Origin: Lama glama | Taxonomy: Eukaryota | Reading direction: 5' to 3' | Assembly (NCBI GenBank): GCA_028534125.1 | Contig: CM052816.1 | Coordinates: 1,054,001 to 1,118,000 of the forward strand | Length of the DNA: 64,000 nt | Shown here: piece by piece, positions 1-12,500 of the stretch | Layout: each line of letters begins with the position of its first letter | Numbering within the stretch: position 1 is the first letter of the stretch | Notes under the pieces: model-generated | Told to the model about the DNA's origin: nothing | The model's input: only the letters and a program-made list of their open reading frames with translations | Databases searched by the model: none | Made by a program: the position numbers and the translations under genes

Positions 1-3000
1 AGCCACCTCCCCACCCGAGCCTCCAGTCTGCAGTGTGAGTACATCCTGTCACGCTGGGTCTGGTGACTATGCGGTATTTTTCTAATTCAGGTTTTCAGCT
101 TTTCTTTTAACCCTAATCTTGTTTCGCATCCCAGCTCTTACTGCTATTTTGGGTGCGGAAATTCACTTTTCCTCCACCCTCATCCCCAGGCTTTAAAATC
201 TAGATAAGCCTCCCCGACCCGACTCTTCATTTTACAAACCTTCATTGAGTTTGTACATGAGCCGGACTCTGGAGATGAAGAGATGATTATTCCCCGGTTC
301 CTGCCCTCTGGAAGCTTTGGGCATATGAGCATACACAGGATGCTTAGTGTAACACACCAAGCGCCCCAAAAGAAGGAGGGACAAGGTGCTTTGAAAGGAC
401 AGCAGAATCTCTCCTTCCACATCCAACTGCCCATCCATTCATCACTCATTTACTATGTGTCAGGCTGCTATGTGTCAGGCTCTGGGCTCGACGCTGGGCA
501 TAGAGGACAGCATGGTTGTGGCCCAAATAACAGGAGAGACCAATGATTATCTCGTTGATAATCATAAGAAACAAGTGAGCTCAAATGTGAGATGCGCTAC
601 CAGTGGGAAAGCACCGGCTTCTATGAAGCACCTGGTGGTTTGAAAAAAGTGACATTTAGGGAGAAATCCTGAAGGCTAAATAGGCTGTGGGCAGGTGAGG
701 AGCAGGGAAAAGAGAGCCCAGGTGGAGGGAAGGGAACGTTCACGCACTCCGAGACAGGCTGAGGGCAGGCACACAAGTGTGGACCGAGAGGGACCCCTCT
801 CCTGGGGACAGTCCGGAGACCAGGGATGCCACAGAAGCGAGGAAGGCCCAGGCAGCCAAGGGCCAGTTTGAATCACCCTCACTTAGGAATCAGCGGAAGA
901 CAGAAGAAGCAGGGAAGTGATGCGATCCTGGTTGCATTTTGCAATATTCTGGCCAGGTGTGATGAACAGTTGGAGGGAGGGCATGAAATGGTCCCCAGTA
1001 TCCATCATCTGAGCGTGTGCTTTAACACCTGATGCTGTGAGGTCTTGTATCCAGCACTGCGAGGCTTATGAGACTGAAAGTCCCAGACAGGTGTGACATT
1101 TTCAACCTCTCTATCCCCCTCCCCATAAAGGCAGTGCACTGCATACGGCAGAACACATTTCTTGAGTAGCTATTCTGTGTCTATGTCTTACAATGAACAA
1201 CTCCTTCCCTCTGCCCTCTGAAAGATTCCCTCCTGTCCCCAGTCGCTGTCCCACCCTCTACCCACCTGTCATGTTCTGGTTCTGAGGACCACCATACTTT
1301 TCAGTTAACTTCCTCACAAGGTCTCAGAACAGTTACTGCATTGCCTGGACAGGGGACCAGAGAGGCCCCTCCTGCACTGGGTCACCCAGGCCCTGCAACC
1401 TCTGCTTCTTCAGAGCCTGCATCACCAAAGAGGCAGGAGTTCCCATGTGCTGCTGAAGCCGCCAGGTCACAATGAACTTCAACTACACGGCCAGAACCAT
1501 TTCTCAGCCGGAATGAAGAACAGGACAGAGCAACTCGGCAAAGTAATTGCCTCCTGTTTACCAAGACAGACTCTGCGCTATGAGATATTTTATCAACTTC
1601 ATGAGATTTGTAGTCAGAAAACATGGAAACAAAAGAATAACACACAGGCCTTTTAACCACTGACTGTTCACATTTATCAACACTACTATTCTGTCTGTTA
1701 GCACTTCCCCAGTGCAGAGCCCAGGAAAACTGAAGTTGTATCAAATCAATGAAAACCTGAGTTCTCTTTTAAAATAGAACTCCATTGTGTAACTCTGTTG
1801 GGCAAATATATAGTTGGTCTGTGGAAAGAAAGGCACACCTGATTTGGTCTCAGTGTGTGATGACAGACAAGCTATTCATTCCTATTTCCCAGAATATGTG
1901 CCCTTTTCTTTCATGTACTTTCCCCACTCTTTGAGGGAAAAATAAAAGCTAACCAAAAAGTTTATTATAAATAATAAACTACTACTCCGGCACTTTGCTC
2001 TGGCTATAGAGAGTTAGAATGTGAGTTTCCAATATGTGAGACTTCAGGGAGAGCTACTAATTTAGTGTCGCTTTGCAAATCTATATCCTTTCAAAGCTAA
2101 ATGAATCCTGGTCTCCCTTCCAGTTCATTTCCAGAAGGTGTACGGAGATGCCTCCAAACTGCTTTACAGGCTGGCTACTAAAAAAATAGTCCCTTAGACA
2201 GCAATTTATTATTATTTTTTAAATCTTAGAAAGTCTGCATGATGACCTCATTCAGGTCTCCACACGCAGCCTTAGGAGGAAAGCTGGGGCAGACACGGCA
2301 ATTATTAAACAAACAGGGTCGACAAGTCTTTGCCAGTAAGAAAAACTGCAGGGTTATCCTCCAGGGTTGAACTGCACTAGCCCTTTGTGTAAAACAAAAT
2401 CCCCTTATCAATGGGGGGCAAGAAAAGAAAATTAACAAAACACAACCTACCCAACAAATGATTGCAGCCCATGCATGGGAAGGGGGTCAGGAAGGCAACT
2501 CTTGGCTCTGGGGCCCAACTGGCCAGCAACCAGACAGATTTACTGGATTCACTCAGCAGAAGTAGGTGATACTTCTCTCTCTGGTCTTGCAGACTATCCA
2601 CTTCACACTTGGTAATTGTTTCCTAAGGGGAGGGGCTGGGATTCGAAGCTCCACACCCCTGTTTTCATGGCCTTGATCGGCTCTCCCTCTGTGCATAGGC
2701 TCTGCCATATTTAGGGTCCATACCCTTGCGGTTACTAAGGTACCAGCCTCGAGAGACTTCTTTGACTCCCTCCCACTTCCCCAGCCTTCGATGCTCACCT
2801 GTCGAAACACTAATTTCCAGGGTATTAAATTGTTTGGAGGCACAAAATGTGGAATTGGGCCTGAATGTATTCCCCACCCCTAGCCCAATGTCTGGTTCAC
2901 AGAAGACACTCAAATAATTATAACAATTACTATAACAAGCTAAGATGCATCAGGTGCTCATTATGTGCCAGCCACTGGGCTAAATGAATGATCTCACTTA

Positions 3001-4160
3001 AAATTCACAGCAGAGCTATGACGTGGGTACTATCACCAACATTGTTTTATAGATGAGAAAAGGTTTAGTGACTTGCCCAAGGCCACACCGCTCACGGGTT
3101 AAGGAACTGGGATTTCAACCGAATCATTCCAATTCCAGAACCCAGGTGCCCAGCTGCCCAGCTGCACTGGCTATATGAACTAACCAGGCTTCACCAAAGA
3201 CGTCAAACTAATGAGCCCCGCCCAGCCTCCAGCCCTTCCAGCTCAAGCCAGGGCACTCCCCTCCTCTTCAAGCCACCACCCTGGAGGAAGCGAGCACTTC
3301 GGACAAAGGCAGAAACAGCCCACACCCCGCATGGCAGCCAGATCTTCTTACCCTCTAGAAATAATCATCCTTACAAGAGGGGCTCTTGGACAAGCTTAAG
3401 AGCAAACATGGTTTCACAAAAGCTGCTGCAACAAAAGGAAAAAAAAAAAAACCACCTCAGCTAAGTCACATGAATTACTGAAGTGAGCCTTCCATCCAGC
3501 CTCGCTCTGAATGGCAAGATGATGGTGTGTTTCAACAGTAAATGAACACAGCGTTCCCAAAGCCACCGAAGTAAATGAATCAAGTAAATCCCCAGCCTTC
3601 TCTCCCTGATTTCTGTCTTCCCATTGGCCGTACCATCATGTTTAGAAAACCATTTCTGGGCCTTTCTGCTGTTCCACTGACGGATTGTCACTTAAAGGCC
3701 TGTTTGCTAACTGGGACTGCTCTTCTGTTGCTGCAAATAAAATTCACGTGCAGCTCGGATGAGTTTACTGTGGCAGCTGATTAATCGAGCCCTGGAAATA
3801 GAGCGCCCTTTTATCAACACAGACATGTAATTTGGGGGCGAATATTGTTGATTTAAACACGTTTGCTCCGTGGTGGGGAGCTAACTGCGGAGGCAGTAGA
3901 AAAGTGGGAAGTTTGTGTGTTTCTTAGGCATGTGAGCAAACAGGAAGGGTTTTTAAATTACAGCAATGCCTAACAGTGAGCTATAGTCTGTCCCACCAGG
4001 GTCATTTCTGAGGGCTTCATGTGTCTGTGCCCCACTGGTCCTCAGGACCGTCCTAGGAGACAAACACCGTTACCAGTTCCATTTTACACAGGACAAAATA
4101 GAGGCACACAGCTACTGAATGGTGGAGCCAGGGCTAAAGTTCAGGCAGCTTGAACCAGAC

Positions 4161-4710
4161 CAGTGGTTCTCAGTGAGGGGGAGGGGGAGGGCATAGAATT
4201 GGTCCCCAGGAAATACCTGCAATGTCTGTAGGTAATTTTGACTGTCACAGGTAGTCAGGGCGGGAGGAATAAATAGATGAAGCACAAGGGATTTTTAGGG
4301 CAATGAAATTATTCTGTGTGATACTATAGTGGTGGCTACATATCATTATGCATTTGTCAAAGCTCATAGAATGTACAACATCAAGAGTGAGCCCTAATGT
4401 AAACTATGGGCTTTGGTTCATCGATTGTACCAAATACGCCACACTGATGAGGGATGCTGCGGGTAGGGGAGTATATGTGTGGGGTGGGGAGGGCTATGTG
4501 CCAACTCTGTATTTTCTGCTCAATTCAGCTATGAATCTGAAACTGCTCTAAAAGAATAAAGTCTATTAAAAAAAAAGTAGTCAGGGATGCTAATGGCATC
4601 TAGTGGGTTGAGGCCAGGGATACTGCTCAACATCCTACACGCACAAAACAACACCCGCATTAAAGATTATCAGTCCCAAAATATCAACGGTACTAAGGAG
4701 GAGAAATCTG
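4161..4710 (+). mobile_element. MER20 (hAT-Charlie) interrupted by an old L1 3'-end fragment (~4261-4576)
   Basis: Starts CAGTGGTTCTCA, contains the MER20-like GGCATCTAGTGGGTTGAGGCCAGGGATACTGC, ends GAGAAATCTG. The inserted L1 tail has poly(A) and a 10-bp TSD GTAGTCAGGG at 4251-4260 and 4577-4586. Confidence 0.8.
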
Positions 4711-4922
4711 ACCCCGGAGCCCCACCCTTGCCATGCGGCCAAGGCTTGTGCTCAGAGAACAGGGCATTCTGTGTAAGAGGCAGGCCATCCGTGAGGAGCC
4801 TTCCCTAGGTGCTAGGGAGACAGACACACGTGTTCCTTCCTGGCCAGTCACCCCAGCGGCAGCAACATCCATAAACCGGACTAAGAATGCCTTCCGTGCC
4901 TGGCGTCTGGGTGTGACCTCTT

Positions 4923-5008
4923 TATTTTACTTTCTTTTTACTGAAGTATCGTCGACTTACGGCATTGTGTTAATGTCTGAGGTACAGCATAGGGATTCAG
5001 TTAAAGGA
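4923..5008 (-). mobile_element. Extremely 5'-truncated L1 3'-tail insertion
   Basis: T-rich start, L1 3'UTR-like sequence, TSD TGTGACCTCTT at 4912-4922 and 5009-5019. Confidence 0.65.
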
Positions 5009-5437
5009 TGTGACCTCTTAAAAGCCCCGTGAGACCTCAGATTGCCTATCAGAAGCTATGAACTCTCTACAAATAATAGTAATCAAACATATGATGTTGG
5101 GGCAGAAATAGCGAATGCATCAGTAGAAAAAAAGTGGAATTCTAGAAAGACGTCTGTGTATATGTGAGCATTTAGGACCCGGCAAAAATATCCTTTCAAA
5201 TCAAAAAGCAGGGGTATATAGGAACTCTCCACACTATCTCTGCATCATTTCTGTGAATCTAAAACCATCCCAAAGTAAAAGCTTATTAAAAAAAAAAGCA
5301 GAGGGAAAAATTGGCATCTACAGAGGAAAATAAGAACCTCAGATCTGTCTCACACCATGTAAAAAACACACTTCAGATAGATGAAGAAGCTAGCTGCAAA
5401 TAAACAACACGGTAGCAAGGAAAACTCGAAAAGTTTT

Positions 5438-5790
5438 GAGGGGGAGGTATAGCTCAAGTGGTGGAGCACATGCTTACCAAGCACGAGGTCCCAGATTCAA
5501 TCCCCAGGATCTCCTCTAAAAATAATAAATAAATAAACAAACCCAATTGCCTCCCCCCCCCCCGCCAAAAAAATAAATAAATAAAAGATTGGAAAAAAAA
5601 GAGTTACTAAAGATCAAGGGAGAGGTATAGCTCAAGTGGCAGAGCGCATGCTTAGCAAGCAGGAGGTCCTGGGTTCAATCCCCAGTGCCCCTTCTAAAAA
5701 TAATAAATAAATAAATAAACCTAATTACTTCCCACCAAAACAAAAAAACAACCTAAAATAATAATAGTAATTAAAAAAAAGAGTTACTAA
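5438..5790 (+). mobile_element. Two tandem or nested tRNA-derived SINEs (camelid Vic-1-like)
   Basis: Two heads with Pol III A box (TAGCTCAAGTGG) and B box-like (GTTCAATCC) motifs at ~5438 and ~5618, A-rich tails, outer TSD AAAACTC(G/T)AAAAGTT at 5421-5435 and 5790-5804. Confidence 0.85.
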
Positions 5791-7396
5791 AAACTCTAAA
5801 AGTTGCGTAAGTAAATATAAGAATAAACCTTTATAGCCTTCACTTGAGAAAGGCCTTTCTAAACAAGGTACAAAAACCATCAAGGGAAAGACGGGCGGGT
5901 TTGAGAGCACCTAGGTGACAATACACCCTCACACTGAAGACCAAAGGGGAATCAGTTTAGTGGAGAAGTAATCAGAATTGTTTTTTCAGATTTCCTCGGG
6001 GAGAATTTCACAGCCACAGCTTTGACTCTCCGGTTACAGAAGTCAAAGGGAAAGGGCCTGGGGTTGGGAGTGGGGGTGTCTGTTGCTGGCATTTCTCTCA
6101 AACTGGCTTTAGATTTAGAAGGGAAATTCTCCATCCTGGTGTCACGGGGTTGAAGGAAGTCTCTGGCAAGCAGACGATGACCGAGTGTTCCTATTGCAGA
6201 GGTGCAGTCCTAGAGCCTATGCCTCGGCTTTGGTGGAACGAGGGCCTGTTTTCCTTGTTTCGATTCTCTGAGCTGATCTGGGTGACAGGTCTCTAGCAGT
6301 GGGAGCAGTGGTCACAACCACTGTGGGCCAGACAACCGCTGGCCCCTGCACACCAGGCCCCCAGCCAAAATGGTGGCACTACATGCCTCGCAGGAGACAA
6401 AGCTAGAGATAATTTTTCAGCCTCACACCCAAACTCCAGTATTAGCTTCCTCTGAGGTCTGTGTGGCTTTATGCCCACACCTCCAAGAAATATTAAAAAT
6501 CCAAGACAGACATTTTTTTCAGCATGACGCTGTGTGTGTATCTTATCTCCTATAAAGAATGGAAACAGTCACATTCTTAAATATATAAATTTCTGGCAGA
6601 GTAAGATATCTAAGAAAAATCTGTATAAAGGGGTAGGGTAGCCCTCAGCCACCCTTCAATAACACAGTCATCTGTTTGAATTTTCCTGGTATTGTTTTTT
6701 AGAGAATTAAAGACACTTTCCTGAAGAAAGGACAACAAATACCACATAAAATGATCTAGAGTAGAAAAAAATCAGAAGATCTGAGTTGAAGTTGTTCTTG
6801 GGCAGTGGGGCCTTGGGTAGGTCACTTGACCTCTTTTGAGTCTCAGTGGATCAAATGGGTATAATTCATTCATTCAACAAATATTTAATAAGCTCCCATT
6901 ATGTTCTACTGTCTCTACTAACCTTACAAATCTTATGGGAGAAATACATGACGTGACCCATGAAAATGCTTTGCAAGTTGTAAATCACAAAAATACTTCA
7001 TTAGTCATCATTATAAAAAGAATTTCTGTTCTTATTGTAATTATTTAGATGGAGGCCAGAACCAACATAAGGATCTTTTGCTGGATTGTAAAACCACCAG
7101 AGAGGGGACTCACCATTCGCATTGTGCCACCAAACTGGCTTTAATGGACCACACCCAAGACTGTAAAATGCGGACAGTCAGAGAAAACAAATATTTGCTA
7201 CAGATTTAGCCCAGAGGTCTACACTGAGAAGGTAAGACTGCACTAAGTTTCTGAAGGGTCCTTGGGAAAAGTCGGGTGATAAAAATTCAGAGCTAAGAGT
7301 TTGACCAAGAAGCATCACCTGCCTTCCAGTCAGCACGGCACCCCATCCTGGGCCTGGGCCTGGGCCTGGCGGGGTCCTTAAGAAAATACTCCAACC

Positions 7397-7607
7397 AGTC
7401 TGGGATTAATAGATACACATTACCATATATAAAATAGATAAATAACAAGGACCTACTGTATATTCAATGTCTTGTAATGAGCTGTAGTGGAAAAGAATCT
7501 GAAAAAATATATATGTATATATATGTATAACTGAATTGCTTTGCTGTACACATGAAACTAACATTGTAAACTGACTGCACTTCAATAAAAAATAATAATA
7601 ATAACAA
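7397..7607 (+). mobile_element. L1 3'-end fragment
   Basis: L1 3'UTR-like sequence ending ACTTCAATAAAA plus A-rich tail; degenerate TSD at 7380-7396 and 7608-7624. Confidence 0.75.
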
Positions 7608-8839
7608 AAGGAAATACCCCGACCCCACCCACCCTATGCACTAACAATCCAAGCAATTCCAAACAATCCGAGCCAACCCCAAAGCCAAGGTTTCTACCTT
7701 CTTCTCCCTCTGTGAGCTCCACCATAAAGAGCTGGCTTATCTGTTCTGAGAAGGCCTATACCTAAGAACAGCAAGGTGATTTTTATTAAACACATGAAGA
7801 GAAGTCCATTCTGTTCAAAATCCCATAGTTTACAAGGCGGGGGCGAATGTCAGCAGAGTACAGCAATCAGAAGAGTTCGGGGCAAAACCAAACGGGACTC
7901 TGCAGGCAAATGAAATAACGGACACTGAATGCAAAGGTCCCAAAAGACAGGAAAATACAATAATACAATAATTAAGCCTTCAAGAAAGAAAAGCTACACC
8001 ATTTGCCCCATTAATACAAAGTCAGGTTCCGCACTGAAAAAAAAAAAGATTATTTTCTAAAACAAAAATTCATATATCCAAAGACAAAGATTGAATGAGA
8101 TAAAAAATAGGAACCCAATAAACAAAATAGCCATAATCCCCTACCTTCCAGCCCCTAGGCTACACCACGTGCACTGTGCAATGTTTTTATGCTATTGTCA
8201 CTGCAAGAAAGTTCATAACTTGCTAAACAGAGGCTACAGTCTACAACTCCAGGGTTTAAGGCATATAATTTTATCATCCCTATAGGTTCAGTGCCGCTTC
8301 CAGACCCCATCCCACCCCAGCCCACTCTGAAAATAAAAAAAGGTTAAAAATATTTTCCTTTTGGAAATAGAGCCACATCTTAACTAAAGCACTGGCACTA
8401 TCTCCCAGCCCCCGACATTTTTATATTTACAGACCATGATAAAAATCTCACCTGCGTTAATATGCCTTAAACATCTTGATTATATCTTTCAAGTGCCATT
8501 TACTCTGCAATAATCCACTGCACAAAAGCCTTTCAGACAGAAGATCTAAGTACATAATAAATTAGCTTGCAATCATTATTTTTCTCAGCTCATACTCACG
8601 GCGAGCTCCTAAAATTCCATTTTACTTTATCTTTTCCAATCCAGCAGCCGTTCTCCCCCTCCTCATTCTGCTACTCCCTCCTGCCCATCCAGCCCTCCCC
8701 CCCTTAGCATGGCCCCCTGCCCGGGTTTTACCACTGCGCTCGGCCCTGCTGACGCCGCCCAGGGAAGGAAGAGAGCTGTCAAGGGTCTTGGACCAAGAGC
8801 ATCTTTCTGGAGAAAGGCTCTGGCTCGCCGAGGGTAGAG

Positions 8840-9300
8840 GAAGGCACGCAAGGGCCTATTTGCATATGCTTTTATTCCATTTCCACACCCTGCACGCTAA
8901 CGCTCTCTGGAAAGTCCCTTCTCGATTCCCTCCTCGGTGCAGAGAAGGGGGAAGAGGCTGGGCCGGAATGGAAGGTTCCAGCCCTGGTAGGGTCAGCCTC
9001 TCCCAGGGGAATGGCCTCAACCTCCCTCCCGCCGCCTGCTGGGTCTGGACCCCCGGGGTCGGGGCCCGGGACCCTCTCCCAGCGCGCGATGAGCGCCTGA
9101 CCACACGCCTGTGCCCTGCGCGCCCTGGGGAGCTCTGAGCAGGATGCTCGCGCCCTGCTGCATCTCCCCCACCCTGAGGAAGTTCTTGGTCAGGCGCTGG
9201 GTCCCGGGCTTCCTGCCTGTACTCTCCGCAGCCCCGCGGGGGAAATCCCGAGGGCTTTATCCGCTGCCCAACGAGCCTGTTGGCTTTTTAAGTACCAGCA
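8840..9300 (-). promoter_or_regulatory. CpG-rich NF-kB-responsive promoter of the miR-146a host gene
   Basis: Minus-strand motifs: GGGACTTTCC (canonical kB site) at 8909-8918, GGGATTTCCC at 9240-9249, octamer ATGCAAAT at 8858-8865, TATA-like AATAAAA at 8870-8876, ETS core CAGGAAG at 9209-9215. Locally CpG-rich. Confidence 0.8.
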
Positions 9301-9336
9301 GGCTGAGTTTCGGTCAAAACCTCAATCTAACGTTAA

Positions 9337-9339
9337 CAA

Positions 9340-9370
<31 letters not shown>

Positions 9371-9523
9371 ACAAACAAACAAACAAACAAACAAATAAAT
9401 AAATAAATAAATAAATAAAATGTGTGCAGGCATTTATATAGAAAAAGAGAAAAGAAAGAAAAAGGAAAGAAAGGAGGAAGGGAAGGGAAAGGAAAGGACA
9501 GGGAAGGGAAGGGAAGGGAAGGG
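9337..9523. repeat. Compound microsatellite (AATA)n(AACA)n(AATA)n followed by a polypurine (GGAAA/GGGAA)n tract
   Basis: Directly visible tandem repeats at 9337-9420 and 9441-9523. Confidence 0.95.
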
Positions 9524-12500
9524 ATTCAGCCTTTGGGGTGAGGATCAGGCAGAAAGCTCCTTTCCTGACTATGGATACACAAGGCCTGGATCTGTTCAAC
9601 ACTTGAACAAATGGATGCTTTGAACTGTACACTGGCTGCTTGAAGTGATGAGCACTGCCCTGGCAGGCAGGAAACCGAGGAGTTTTTTCCCCCAGTACTC
9701 CTCTCTGAAATGTGGCTATACAAAGCTGACCCGTGCAGCTAGTGATAACCATAATAGCTCAATTTTGATGGGCTCTTACCATGCACCAGGCATTCTGCTA
9801 AATGTTTCACATGCAAGGTCTTCCCTAATCCCACAGCACTGTGTCAGGGAGCCAGTAATGTGATCTCCATTTTACTGATAAGGGAATTTTATCCCCGAGA
9901 AGGTTAGGGTGACTTGTCCAAGGTCACACAATTAGTAACTGTTGCCAGGGGTACCCTTTGCTGTTCCTTTTCATGAGATGGAAAGGCCTTCCGAGGCCTT
10001 TGGAATGCATAATTGCAAATGAAGATTCCCAGACAAGATAAATATACCCTCCCGCCACTGGACAGAAAAGAGCCAGTTTAGAAGTTTTTGCTTCCAGGTA
10101 GAGTTAGTCCTGACCTCCCCAGAAGGTGTTTGTTGCTCACCTTGCTGGGTTCCCAAAAGCTTTGTTTGAATTTCTATTACAGATCACTTTCTAAAAAGCA
10201 AGTATTTTTTGAGCACTTATTATATGCCAGACACTTTACATACAGGTTCTCATTCAGTCTTCCCGACAACTCCAAAAAGTAGCTCTTATTATTATCCCCA
10301 GATTATAAATGAGGAAACTGAGGCTCAGAGAGATTAAGAATTTGCCCAAGCTCACACAGCTAGAAATTGGCAGAGCCAGGGTATGGACTGAGGTTGGCTC
10401 TCCTCAGGCCTCTGAGCCCCTCCTGCTGCATTCCACTGCCGCTTAAGGGGGTCCACATCAAAACTCTTCGTTCATGAGAAAGGAGCTCCTTGGGGGCGTG
10501 GGCCTGGCCCCAGTCATCTGAGTTGACTTTTAGGCATTATTTAGTGTTTTCTGAAACACTTGGTAGATGGAGTGGGGGAAGGTTAAGGTGACCAGAAGAG
10601 TTAAGGGTGCTCTTAACCCATCCCAAAATTGAAGTGAAGAGAATATGACCTGTCTGTGAAGCTTTTATAAAAGGTTAAGAGATGTGTCAGGTCAATCAAT
10701 GATGATCTTGTTGAAAGAAATCCGAAAGTCATTTGGATCTGTTAACCGGGGCTCGACTCAAACGAAACAAACAAGAGGAACTCGGGCCTGGCTGGCTTCT
10801 GCTAACAAGTTCATTACTCCATTCCCGTCAGTTAACTTGACTTCTGCATTCCTGAGGGCTCCTTCACAACCCCTGGGGCTCCTTTGGTATGGCTTTTCGA
10901 AAACAGGCGAGTGGATACCCAGAGCCAGGATTTAAGTAGCCATATGCTGCCTGCTCTCTGCACCTCCACTGTCTGCCTGTTACCTTGGTTAGAAAAGACT
11001 CCAAAATCCTGTGCCAAATTTTCATGGACGACATAGGAATTTAGCCTCATCCTTTATAATCAAAATGAGTACCATTTTTGTTTTATTTTGTCCGGGTGTG
11101 GGCTGGAGGGGAACTTAAACACCATTTATGGAACTTATATGCCAGGCAAAGTGCTAACGCATATAAAATAGGGGTTACCCTCGCCATCCTACAGGTGAAA
11201 ATGGACAGATGATCGAGGCTCAGAGAAGTTCCATCGCTTCCAAGGGCTGCAGTAAGGTGATGCTGGGAGGAGGAGAATGTTTGAATGAGTATGAATCTTC
11301 CTGGGTGACAGGAACACTGCCTTTCCCGGTTTGGAGCCTCAGCCATGCTCCATTCTTTACAGGTGCTCACAAACATAAAAATAATAGGATTTCTGGGCTG
11401 GAGCTATTTACTTCCCAGTTACTTGGGAGGCCACGAGTACAAACTTAATATGAAAAGTTTTGAGCCCTGAATTGTTTTATTTTAAATCCAAGCAGGGCCA
11501 CCCTTCCTTTTGAACAACTCACTCCCCCACCTCCACCTTCTACTATTGTATTAGGCATTTCCAAATGCATCCACATCCCCCAGTAAATATTGCGTATGGC
11601 AGCCCTTGATTTTGCACCCTATTGTGTTAACTAAAACTGATGTGGATATATGAGTTGGGTTAAAGTTCATGAATTTATACAATGTTATGGTGTTATGTTG
11701 GGGAGGTATTTAATTCAACATTTATCAGCTTTGATTTGGTAGTTTTTTGGTTTTGTTTTTGTTTTTTACATTTTGGAGCCAAACCAATACTACCCCTCTG
11801 AGCCCTAGAAAAGGACAGATAAGCAGCGTCCAAGGTCTCTGGTGTGTCACCTGGTTCCACGTGTAAGAGATGGCTTTGCTCCGTGGTTCACGATGCATAT
11901 ACAGGAAGCTTGAGAATCTTGCTAGCCGCCACCTTAAATATCACAGTGTGGGCTCAGGGGTACAGAAAGGTCAGACTGGAAAGATGACCTCAAATGTACC
12001 CCTGAGTACTTTGGGGCCGTCTCCACCTGCGTTCTTTGGCCCTCAGACGCTTTGATCCGGTACTAGGAAACTGTGACATAGATGGCTATGAAAAATACCC
12101 CCAAGTGTCGTGGTGATGCTTGCGTTTCCAGCCCACTCAGCAGCTGAGATGCTTGGGGCTCTTGAACCCAGGAAATCCCCACGTAAGACAGGCTCTGTTG
12201 GGGTGTGGGTTAGAGCTGGTGCCTCCACCAGCTTAGAGTTCAGCCAGAGCCCCGAATCAGGATTCAACTCACCCTGCTCTCTGCAGGTTCAGGTGAGGGT
12301 GAGAGGTACCTGGTCCAAAGGCAAACCCCGTGTCATCCAGAGCTGTTCAGCCCAGGTGCAGCGTGCAGAGCCCAGGAGGAGCAGGAGAACCCAGGCTGCA
12401 CCCCAGCTTCCCCTCCCCACATCGTATCACAGGACTGCCCTGCAAGCACTCCTTGTCCAATGTTTTTAAGTTTTCATTTGTGCACAACTGGCCTCTCCAA

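Larger units (their letters stand above)
1..8845 (-). ncRNA. MIR3142HG: 5' part of the miR-146a host transcript (MIR3142HG/pri-miR-146a): first exon ~8845-8600, then intron 1 running off the left edge
   Basis: Synteny (downstream of PTTG1, same strand). NF-kB/octamer promoter at 8850-9250. Minus-strand donor GCC|GTGAGT at 8600/8599. No match to mature miR-146a was seen in the window, consistent with a long first intron. The TSS position is approximate. Confidence 0.7.

Noticed and set aside
5847..5860. Palindrome AGAAAGGCCTTTCT resembling the recalled core of human MIR3142
   Set aside because: Single copy inside old L1-like sequence, with no tandem repeat or extended hairpin.
1..8599. Searched for the miR-146a hairpin (AACCCATGGAATTCAGTTCTCA on the + strand)
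   Set aside because: Not found by eye; expected beyond the left edge of the window.
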